Source of the DNA: Vermamoeba vermiformis
Taxonomy: Eukaryota
Length of the DNA: 64,000 nucleotides
Direction of reading: 5' to 3'
NCBI GenBank assembly: GCA_045837725.1
Contig: JBEWZL010000013.1
Coordinates: forward strand, 372,001 to 436,000
The position numbers and the translations under genes are program-made. The notes beneath the pieces are model-generated. The model was not told the DNA's origin. It worked only from the letters and a program-made list of their open reading frames with translations, and did not search any database. How positions within the stretch are numbered: the first letter of the stretch is position 1; each line of letters starts with the position of its first letter. Positions 40,801 through 51,123 of this stretch are shown in pieces.

Positions 40801-42827
40801 TGACCTCGTCTTTTTGAGGCACCTCATTTAGCCTTGCGATCTTTAGTATCGTTTTTATAAGCATAAGGTACCATGTTGATGCGGCTTATTTGAATTGATA
40901 ATTACGAAGCAAGCTAAGAGAATTAATGAGAAATTGTGAAGAATTAATATCGCTACTGAATGCTCGCTCGCTTTAATAAGGACACTGTGTGGTTCTGTTT
41001 GTTAAATTGTAACGGATTTGTGCTTGAGGACCTGATTGACTTTTGAACCGGATCTGGCATTGGAGAGCTGACACAAACAACAAGCTTCCATAGCTCAGTT
41101 GGTTCAGAGCATTCGGCCGTTAACCGAGAGGTCCTTGGTTCAATTCCAAGTGGAAGCGACCTTCTTTTTTGCTTCTTACTGCCGGCCTGGCCGATGCTTT
41201 TTTATGCACAACAAAGCTTTCGTGTGAAAATATCAAGAATTCTTGGTGCCCACTTGGATCTAATTTCACACGAAAAGATATTTTTGTCCTACATCGCAGG
41301 TAGCTTTAACGCACTAGCGACACAAAAGCGATGCTGTACAAGTTTAGTCGTGAACAAAGGATGAGATTTGAGTTCGCAGTTTGACTTTTTGACGACTTGG
41401 TTCAGTGGGCTCGGTCAGCACTCAACAAGGGCCGTTTAGCTCAGTTGGTTAGAGCACTGGTCTAATAAGCCGGGGGTCCCAGGTTCAATCCCTGGAATGG
41501 CCATTCTTTTTTGTCCTTTCCTCATTCTCCTCTTTTTCCTTGGTCCACGGAAAGAGATCTCCCTCGAAGTGTTTTCTGCGTTTTTTTTTTCCGTCTGTCT
41601 TTTTTGAGTCGTGTGCAATGAGTCCGTGTCTGAGGTATGTGTTTGTCTTTTTAACGACCTCGTACGACTCGCGCCTTAACCTTTGAACAACGGCGCCATA
41701 GCTTAGTGGTAGAGCCTCGGTCTCATGAGTCGATTGTCCAAGTTCGATTCTTGGTGGCGCCTATTCTTAGTTTTTTTTGGCTTGCCTGGGATCACGTTAA
41801 GTAGTCCAGCAAGTAGTGACCCGAACACGACGTTGCAAGGCGTCTCGGGCACGACCACACTAACAAGAATGCACCGCTTCCCGTCCGATCAGCGAAGTTA
41901 AGCTTGTTCAGGCCTTCTTAGTACTGGGGTAGGAGACTACCTGGGAATCGGAGGTGTTGTGCTCTTATCTTTTTTTTGCTTTTGTTACCAGCCATAACCG
42001 CTCGGTGCTTATAATACCTTTTTCTTCTGACGAGGATCCGTTCAAATTGTGTACTTTTTTCAATCGTCCGAAGTGGGAATGGTTCGAAAGAGTCGATTTC
42101 ACGGTCGAAGATGCCCTTGTAGCTCAGCTGGTTAGAGCATTGTGCTTATAACGCAAGGGTCGCTGGTTCGTGCAATCATCGTACTTGAGCTAGTTTTTTC
42201 ACAATTTCTAATTGCATTAACTAACCTTTCTTATTAATTCTAGAATAAAGAACGCGAGTTCATCAAGTTACTCGAGTCAACGCCGAAAATTGAAGCCACG
42301 ACTGATTGGGACACTGCGCGTGAAGTGCTCAAGTCAGATCCAAGGCACGTGTCACACTCAAAAAAAAGATATTTTGTTTGCCTTACTAATACGGTTATAT
42401 TCAATAGGTTCTTAGCATTTGAAAAAGATCGACATCGCGAGGCCGTATTTGATCGTTATATTCGTCAGTTAAAGGTGAAATTTTTGACACAAAGGAAGTT
42501 TCCTCGAGAGTACGGAAATTAACTTTATACTTTGTATTTAGGCCTCGTTAGAACGATCATTTGAAAAAATGTTGAAAGAATTAGAAGATAACCAATTGAA
42601 ACTTGAAGGCGATGAAGGTGAAGAACAGCTAGCAAGATCCACGATGGATTTTATACGGGTAAAATTTCAGTTATAAGATCGGTAAATTGCAACACTGGTA
42701 TATTAATGTATTGTTATTATAGAGAGATAAGCGGTGGAAGAATATGGATTGTTTGTGGGAGAAACGAGAAAAAATATTGAGGGATTTTGTTAGGGATCTC
42801 GTCAAAGCTAAGAAAGAATCAAAATAA
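37879..42827 (+). CDS. TCERG1/PRP40-like splicing/elongation factor (Pro-rich, WW domains, FF repeats)
   Basis: PPGMM repeats; WW domains WKETKTENGDVYYYNTVTEDVSWERP and WNIVFTVSGSTYYFNTVTEEVSWVLP; FF repeats FKEMLKE...W...FDPRF, FKELLKE, FKALLSE...WSDVK...DKRY. Confidence 0.9.
41084..41158 (+). tRNA. tRNA-Asn (GTT), intronic; atypical C at position 33
   Basis: GCTTCCA/TGGAAGC acceptor stem; A box TAGCTCAGTTGG; anticodon loop CCGTTAA; T loop TTCAATT; downstream T6 terminator. Confidence 0.9.
41430..41503 (+). tRNA. tRNA-Ile (AAT), intronic
   Basis: GGCCGTT/AATGGCC acceptor; TAGCTCAGTTGGTTAGAGC D arm; loop CTAATAA; CCAGG-TTCAATC-CCTGG T arm; T-run terminator. Confidence 0.93.
41692..41762 (+). 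tRNA. tRNA with CAT anticodon (nominally elongator Met), atypical identity elements
   Basis: GGCGCCA/TGGCGCC acceptor; loop CTCATGA; CCAAG-TTCGATT-CTTGG T arm; T8 terminator; U73, G37 and a 4-nt variable loop. Confidence 0.8.
41847..41965 (+). rRNA. 5S rRNA, intronic
   Basis: 119 nt; helix I GGGCACGAC/GTTGTGCTC; conserved CCCGTCCGATC, GAAGTTAAGC, TTAGTACT and GGGAA motifs; followed by a T8 terminator. Confidence 0.95.
42113..42170 (+). pseudogene. Truncated tRNA-Ile (TAT) copy lacking the 3' half of the T arm and the 3' acceptor strand
   Basis: Identical to the first 58 nt of the full tRNA at 44820-44747, then breaks after GGTTCG. Confidence 0.9.
42345..42407 (+). other. GC-AG intron (donor AG|GCACGT), 63 nt, stop-free
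   Basis: Removal restores the FF motif SDPRFLAF...REAVFDRY. Confidence 0.65.
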
Positions 42828-43280
42828 CAGAGGGATATTCGAGGTAAACGGAATATACTATACATATCCCGCTGTTCAGTAAAATTTTGGTTTTTTATGT
42901 GATTTGTTGCAATTTCATAGTCTTTTCAAGATCCGTTTCAGATGCGACAGTAAAGGCACCAAAAAAACTTTTCATGATTAAAATATCATACAAAACTCGT
43001 TATTTGTATCATATTTCCATCAAAGTACTGCCAGTGCAATGCTGTCAGCTCACAAAATCAAGCATTAGTTTGATGCGAGTTTTCCGCGTACTTTCAAATT
43101 TTTCTTGACAGCCATCAATGCTTCAAAGAACAAATTCAGCTTTTTAATACAACTCGCAGAAAACTACACAGGAATATAATCCGGAATATCTTTCGTTGCG
43201 GTTTTTGCGCCTTAGAAACTATAAAAAGCGATCAGATTCGGTTTCAAAACAATAACTCAGAACCACTTCAGAGCTCAACA

Positions 43281-44010
43281 ATGAAAACCCTCGTCTTAGT
43301 ATCTTTACTATCTATCGTTGCTCTCGCATTAGGAGTATGCTCGCCAACTACTTGTGGTGGCACCGATCGCTGCTGCGAGGATGCAGTACTTGGATCCGTT
43401 TGCTACAATCCTCTTACTCATAGCTGCAGAGGCGTCAATCCTAAGAAATTATGCGGTATTAATGAGGACACATGCGGCACAGTCTGCTACAACCCTTCTT
43501 TTGCTAAGTGCATTAATGGTCAACTCTGCGGACAAAACTTGGAGCTCTGCGGATCTATTTGTTATGATCCTCTTCATTACCAGTAAGTATCATATGGTAT
43601 AATTGAACTCCGAAGCTGAAATTTAAATTCGTTGCAGATGCACCAACAATCAACTCGTTCCTCGTACCGTCGACATTACCTGCAATGGCGTTGGCTGCAC
43701 AAACGATACTCTCTGCTGCGACTCGTTGATTAACACCAGATGCTACAACCCACAACAAGGCACATGTTGCGCTGCGATCGGAAACACATCCTTCAAGTAA
43801 TTTCTGCCGAATTTCAAAGCACACTTTCAGCCTACTAACGAGATTCTCATCAATAGGACTGTCTGTGGTAAGACTCCCTCGGGTAAAAACCAGATCTGCT
43901 GCAGCACTTTCAATGCAGTCAATTGCTACGATCCGGATGTCCAGTACTGCTGCTCTGAGCGATTTGGCAAGCTTTGCAACCTCGGAGACTACGCTTGTTG
44001 CTATGCATAG
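43281..44010 (+). CDS. Secreted cysteine-rich protein with CY(N/D)P repeats (CBM52-like)
   Basis: Signal peptide MKTLVLVSLLSIVALALG; five CY(N/D)PxxxxC units over three exons; TATA-like TATAAAAA about 60 bp upstream. Confidence 0.85.
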
Positions 44011-44134
44011 TCGGATTTAGCATTATATTTTCCTTTTGTTAATAAAGTAGTTAGTTTTAGACCTTTAAGAAAGAATTCGAATCTGATGCGCTGCTGGTCG
44101 GACGAGCGAAGCTAGAACAATAGCATTAGTTTAT

Positions 44135-47100
44135 TTACATCGATGTATTTAACCTTCTGAGCTCTGCAGCAGCTATCTGCATAATCTCGTTGAAGTCGTA
44201 TTCTTTGTATTTGTTCCAGTGCGGATCCATGCACCAGTCGACAGCAGGGAACTACCAAATAAGGAATTATTATACTTATTTAGTCATCATAATAGAAGTA
44301 GGTACTTACACAAGGACTAGCGATACCATGAAATATTCTGGCCACTTGTCTTCCGGATGTGATCGTGTCACCTCTGCGCTCCAAAAACACACGAATATCT
44401 GCTTGCAAGAATGTCCTATACAATAACAATATTCGATTAGTATCGTTGGTAGTACGAGGGAACTCTTAGAATGGTACGTACTTGTTTTTCGTCGCTCGAT
44501 CTACGTCCTCAGTCTTTGGAGGCAAAAGAGTGGTCTCGTCTTCGGTAACAAAGTATTCGTTGATTTTGGCGTGCAAAAACTCCTCTGTTAAAACAAACGT
44601 TAGCTTAGGTACGAATCTGCAGATCAGATGCGAATCCGGATCGACAAAAAAAACGCGAATCTGGGCAGTCGTAATTGTAAGAGGTATTATTAGATTAATG
44701 CTAGGCTGAGAGCAACCTTATATTGGTAAAAAAGAAAAAAAAAGAGTGCCCTAGGCTGGGCTCGAACCAGCGACCCTTGCGTTATAAGCACAATGCTCTA
44801 ACCAGCTGAGCTACAAGGGCATCTTCGACCGTGAAATCGACTCTTTCGAACCAATCCCACTTCGGACGAAATAGAATATAGGCTTACCTTGCTTTTCTGT
44901 TTGGGCACAGTGTTGCTTCATAATATTTGAAATTATGTCGATTTTGTGCAGTGTTGAGCTTTCGAGATCTTGCACCTTTGCATAAAGGCGGTTGATAAGC
45001 TTGTCCATCTCCTCGTCCTGATACAAGTGCAACATGCGCAGATAAAATGCCTTGTCTTTCACTTGGTACTTAATCTCTCCTTTTTCCTGAAGCTCATCTG
45101 GTCAGATACGAAAAGTTTTCAGATTTGCTTGTACTTGCCTCTAACTTGTCTAAAGAGCTTAAAATTTCGCTAATAGTAGTATTGTACTTTCGTGCAAGTT
45201 GGTTCAGTGAGAATTCAATTTGACCATTGCCCCTAAGATTTTTTGTTAGATGCCATCCGTTGTTCAGGTTAGCTTACTTTTTGCCGTAGTGGAGAATGGA
45301 TGCAATGAGTTTGTTTCGGACACGAAGGACTTCAGGAGTAATGTTGTAAAAGGTCAACTGGCACGTGCCAAACATTTCTGAATGGAATTAGAACGTCAAG
45401 CACTTAAGGAGTGACTTACGAGGCAGAATTTGCACGACTCCTTCAATTTCTAACCAAGTGAAGAAGGTGCTAATAACAGCTCGCTTCAGATCCAGCTTCT
45501 GTTCCAGAGGTTCGATTGGCAAGCACACGAAGTTGCCTGGGACTTGCGCGGGCCTATAAAGGTTGTCATGAGCAAGGACATAATATTTAAATGCTAGTAC
45601 TTACACAGGGTCTCGTTCCTCATCGAATCTAAATCGCTTTGAGTTGGCGGGATCCGCAGATTCAGGTTCATCTTCAAGGGTTTCTTTGGCACTGCCGAGA
45701 AGACTTTGCACGAACTTCTTGATGATTAATCGGTCCGTGCTGTCAGTATGTGCTAAAGATCGCATCGTGATGTAATCGTTCATGTTCAAGAACAAGTGAC
45801 AGTGGGCAGGTTGACCGTCTCGGCCAGCTCTTCCGACTTCCTAATTAGGTAATCAAAGTTAATATGATGTTAATAGAGGGCAGGGTGTGCATACTTGTAT
45901 GTAGTTTTCAGGACTCTTAGGCAAACTAAAGTGAATAACACCGCGCACATCGGGCTTGTCGAGACCCATGCCAAAAGCAACAGTCGCTACAATAATCCTC
46001 ACTTTGTTCTTCGTGAATTGATCTTGAACGCGCTTGCGGTCCTTGGGAGGTTTGCCTGCGTGATAGCTGACAGCGTCGAATCCTTTCATTTGCAAGTACC
46101 CAGCCAACTCGTCAGTCTCACGTTGTAACATGCAGTAGATGATAATCGAGTTGAAGTCTGAGAATGGCTTTGCGTGTAAAAGCTTGACCAATTCGAGGTG
46201 TCTGTCTTCTGCCAGTGACGCGTTCAAGTGCAAATTAGGTCTGATGACTGAGCATCGAACAACGCCGTCGGATGGAATGTTGAGCGATTGGCAAATTGAA
46301 ATTTCAGTTCGCTTGGTAGCTGTAGCAGTCATAGCCAAGATGGTTTTGATTCCAAGTTTGGTTTGAAGCACGTGTTGTAAGCGAAGGTACGAAGGACGGA
46401 AGTTATGTGACCATTCAGACACGCAGTGAGCTTCGTCAATGCAAGCAAAACCAAACGGAATCTTCAACGAGCGCAACAAGTTGACAAATTTGTCACTGCA
46501 CAACTTCTCTGGTGACACGAACAACACTCGCAGCTTGTTTTTCTTGAGGTCATCGACCGTTTGACGGAACTCCGTAGTCTAGTTATTCTAATTAATACTC
46601 AAGGCTTCTTAAATATTCTGAAGACTTACCGATTGTTGGGAGTTGATACAGCCGCCAGGCAAGCACTCAGGCAAGTTCTTCAATTGATCGATCATCAAGG
46701 CCAACAGCGGCGAAATGACAATTGTCAATCGGTCCAAGAGCAAAGCTGGTAATTGGTAGCACAGTGATTTGCCAGAGCCCGTCGGGATAACCACGAGCGT
46801 GTTCTTGCCTTGCAGTACTCGACGAATAGTATCTTCTTGGCCCTCTCTGAACTCCTCGTGTCCAAATTTAGACTTAAGCGTCGCGCGCAAATGTTCACTG
46901 CTCGTGTCAACTTGGTTATTGTTGTTATCGCCAAATATCTCGTTTGGATCAAGCCCTTCGAGCTCTGATTTGGCAACCGAGTCAATAAACATATCCATGG
47001 TGTTCGAGGTGGACGACAAATCTTCTAACTGGAACAAAGCGGCTTCATCAGCATCGTCTTTGGCGTTGCCGTAAGTGCCTTGATGCAGGACTTTCATTGG

Positions 47101-48922
47101 TCCAGATTTGACCCAACGACCAGAGATGGTCTTGTTAGCGTACTTGCCGCCCCTGTGATTCTGCTTCAAATTCATCTTCACAAAGTTGTTTCTTTTGGCT
47201 CTGTTGCTCGTGAAGATTGACTTGTCTTCCGTGTTGACAGCAATCTTCATGTAGTTCGCTGCACAAATAATAATTAGCACGGATAACATGTGGTTCTTAA
47301 TAATGCTACTTACCGTTATCGAGTTTGCGACGTTTGTTGTGCACGTCATCAAGTTCTTTGAACTGATCATTGGCAAATTCGTCTTTTTCTGGCTCAACAT
47401 CGTCTCTTTTTCTCTTGCGATTGACGTTAGTTTTGTATTTAAGCTCTAACTCGTTCTCGGAAAGCATTGTGTCAGGTTTTTGCAACGGATCTTCATCTTC
47501 ATTCTTTTCGCCATCTTCACCAGCTTGATCTTCAACTTGCATTTTCTAACAATCTATTAGTATGTATAGATAACAGTGCTAATTGGCACTTACATCGTTG
47601 TTCAAAGCTGCAAAATTGAATCCGGGAGCAGATTTTGATGACTGATCGTCAAAACAAGTCGGAATGAGCAGCGAGGAAGTAAGATCTTCGCTCATATTCG
47701 ACGAGGTCCTATTAAACAACTTGTTGAATTTCTCGTTCGTTGCTGATGCCTCGCTGCTGATGGGGCCACTCGCTACTTTAGCCTTTCTTTTTGGTTCCTC
47801 ATTGTAGTTCTTATACTCGGTCTCTTCACTTTCGTTCTTCGTTGGTTTGTTATTGGCTTCAGGCAATTTAAAAGTATTAATGAAAGGCGCACTAGTCGTG
47901 TTGGCATTTGATTTTGCAGGACTTTGTTGTTTTTGTTCGGTTGATTTTGGTTTAATGATTGGCTCGTTATTCGTGCTCTTTACAATGTCGGTCATTTTCG
48001 TAGCAAAGAACGCATCGAATTGGTCGTTGGATCCAGAAGAGGACTTCAGCGCTGACGAGCTGTTGCTAACTACAGCATCATAGAACGATTGTTTAGATTC
48101 GTTTTGCGATGACGTGAGTTTCATAGTTGATTTTGTCATAGTCATGTCTAATGAGTGAGACGCTGGTTCGAGGGCATTTTCGCTATTAAAATTCTCTTTG
48201 TCGTTGGTATCAATTGTTGCTGGTTGTGATATTCCATAGTATGAGAATAGGCTATCATCGTATCCAGTAAAAGAGTTCTGTGATTGGAAATTGCAGCTAT
48301 CTTGAGTTTGATCTGCATCTGATCCGTTCTGCGCGTCCAATAATTTCTTCAATTTTGTATATAATTTATATCTAGCAGCTAAATGAAATTTTAATTAATT
48401 AATTAATTAGCGCTATATATTGTTAGCCCGATTCAAATCCCCCCCTGTGCATTTTAGGAATTTTAATTCGAATTTTTAATAAAGTTGAGGAATTTATTTT
48501 GGCGCTCAGTCGCCGACCAGCCGCCTGGTTCTTAGCGGCAGCGATAGCATATATATCCAACTATGTTATCGTTGGTACGTCGCTGTTATGGTTGGTCTGG
48601 GGTAACGACTACCACGCCCAGAAAACTGATAATTATAATTTTTAAATTCGTAATTCACACAAGGGGGGGATTTGAATCGGGCCAACAATAATATTTTGAA
48701 TAATTGTAGAAATTATTTCGACTTACCAATATTGGGTCGCTCTTTTATATCCTTAGACGAAGGTTTACGATTAAATTCAAGCTCGAAAGATTTTTCCCAT
48801 TGTTTTAAATCTGCTTTAAGCGACTGAACTTTAGATTCGTATTGATCTGAATAACACGTTAATTTGAATACTTGCTTCTAATATTGCGTTTTACCTTTGG
48901 AAAAATCTAAATCGAGACTCAT
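44135..48922 (-). CDS. RECQL4: RecQ4 helicase (Sld2-like N-terminus + RecQ core)
   Basis: N-terminal [12 protein letters not shown]...RKPSSKDIK...YKLYTKLK (Sld2/Drc1-like); [69 protein letters not shown]. Confidence 0.95.
44747..44820 (-). tRNA. tRNA-Ile (TAT), intronless, inside RECQL4 intron 44585-44887 (same strand)
   Basis: Minus strand GCCCTTGTAGCTCAGCTGGTTAGAGCATTGTGCTTATAACGCAAGGGTCGCTGGTTCGAGCCCAGCCTAGGGCA followed by a T9 terminator. Confidence 0.93.
48420..48688. mobile_element. MITE-like non-autonomous element with ~26-bp TIRs and TA flanks
   Basis: Left end TTGTTAGCCCGATTCAAATCCCCCCCT versus reverse complement of right end TTGTTGGCCCGATTCAAATCCCCCCCT (one mismatch). TA on both sides (48418-19, 48689-90). 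No ORF. Confidence 0.8.
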
Positions 48923-49084
48923 GTTGTAGACGCACGAACGATACTAAATGGAAGGGCAACGAAAAGTGTCAAAGTAAAGTGCAGTTGACCGTTACAAATT
49001 CAAAATATTTTGGCGCGCAAAAAATAAACCGAGATGCATGCAATATATTTACACTGTTTATGTTTTAAAAAGTAGCTGCGTGTT

Positions 49085-50880
49085 CTAAACACGTCTAGTG
49101 TAGACAAAAACATCATGGGCGAACGGATTCACTATCTGAAAAGCGTTTCTCATCGCAAAGGATCCGGCACTCGTTCCAAACATACCGAGAGCTAAATAAG
49201 GGGTATTAATATTGGGAAAAATACTAAGAATAAGGACGTACCACCCCAAAGTTGAATCCAGATAAATCCGTAGCCTTCAACACGGAAGGCTAAAACAGTC
49301 ATAAAAATGCCCAAGCCGAAAGTACAGAGCGACGAGATCCAAACCAAAATTGTCACGTAATTTCTAGTGAACCGGTTTTGCGTCAATTTGAATCTATTTT
49401 CTTCGAACTTTCCTTCAAATTGAGCGTTTACCAGTGCAGCTTCAAATTCAGTGATGAATGCCAATTGATAGACGTTTTGACTCGTATTATCGTTCTTATG
49501 GATTTCCACTTGTCCGTATTGATCAATGCCCTCAGTTTTTCTGATTAAAATCTCCTTGACATCGGCCAAATTGACGCTGCTGATGCGAACTTTTCTGGAG
49601 GCCTGTTGAGCTATAATAATATTCTTCGAAGTAATAACGATGGCATGTTTGCGATTCTTCATTGGCGTAGCGAATCCTAATGTCGGCAACAATACTGCTA
49701 CGGGTAAGATGATTTGTGTCATAGAGTTCCAACCACCAAGAATGGCCAAAAGAAGCAAGCCTACGCGACATACATTAGTTCCAAGAAAATAAAATAAAAT
49801 TGAATGGTTAGTACATGCCTGATGAAATCCACAGGTAAAATCCGAGCATAAACCGAGATACGGAAACAACTAGATCGACATGTTGCGTAGTCTCCAGAAC
49901 GAAGTTAACTGCTTGATTTTCTCGCGAAATTTCCTTAGCGATGCTGTACCGCAGTTGACTAGTCGTAATACTGTCCAATCCAAATGTGAACTTGTCATTC
50001 GCTTCAACATCGTCATTTACGATTAAGTACTGCGAGGATAATAACTTGTCTTCTTCACTTGTAGCGCAATTGCGGAGCATCTGCAGGACGTACAAAAATG
50101 CGGTGAATCCAGTGCCAGCCAATAAAATAACAAAGGCATAGAACTAATGTAATTTGATTAGTACATACAAAATAAAAAGGTGTCAATTATCAAATTAAGA
50201 AATGATGACGTACCTCTGGAACTACTAATGTGTACCATAGGCCTAAGACAGAGCTCACGGCGCCAGTCAATGTAAGACCAAAATAGGTTTCGTGTCGATT
50301 GCAAGCCTTGCACGCGAAATTAGCATTTTGACTCGTCTCACCACACTCTCTGCATCTCTTGTAGTCTCCTATTATATTAGTCAAATTAAAGTTCCTCTAG
50401 ACCGCAATCTTACCTCGAGCACCGGAGTTTATTTTGCATCGCAAGTTTTTAGCTTTAGATGATCTAAACCACGAAAATACAGTAAAGCTCGTCAGGAGAA
50501 TCAAGGCAACAGTCAGACTAAAGATGAATTAGTTTTTTAGGTCCGGATCTACACCAGACTTACCAAAAGATGACAATGCCGTACTTCGAACAAATGTAAG
50601 GAGAAGTCGAAATTCGATTTAGAGCACATGTAAGCTCGGGGCATATTTGGTTAGCAAAATTGACCAGGCCAGAGTCGGACGGCGAATCTAATTATGATTA
50701 TTTTTAATTTGTATAGTTATTTTAATTATTTGAGAATTACGTACTCTTTAAAGTAATGCAAGTGTTAGTTTCAGGGCACCACTGACAAAATTCTCCGCTA
50801 GTCAAATTAATCGCGTTTGTTGGTAGATTCCATTGATCAATCAAACAATCGCCACAACTTGTGGCAGTGCTGCAACTCAT
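49085..50880 (-). CDS. Multi-pass membrane protein with N-terminal PSI-like Cys motif; function unknown
   Basis: MSCSTATSCGDCL...CQWCPETNTC; several hydrophobic helices over about seven exons. Confidence 0.6.
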
Positions 50881-51123
50881 TCTGTGTTACTCGATTGCGT
50901 AGGGTACTTATTATACCCGATGCTTTAAATATTTAAACCAATCTGTTTAAAATTAGCCGGTTTGAAATTACGAAAATAAGAAAAGTCAGGACCCGGGATT
51001 GGTCCTGTCCTTAAAAGGAAGAGGACAAAAGCGCTGTCGCATATCAAAGAAAAAAAACGGGAAATAGGCCGAGATCGTCAATGAGAGTTATTAATTTGAA
51101 GTTTATTATTAAGTACAAAATTG

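Noticed and set aside
40778-40820. GC-rich stretch ending in T5 at the start of the large intron, vaguely like a tRNA 3' half
   Set aside because: No convincing stems; cannot be supported as an RNA gene.
50986-51030. Two small hairpins (CAGGACC/GGTCCTG, TGTCCT/AGGACA) between HBS1 and the membrane-protein gene
   Set aside because: Short, overlapping stems compatible with chance; no other support.
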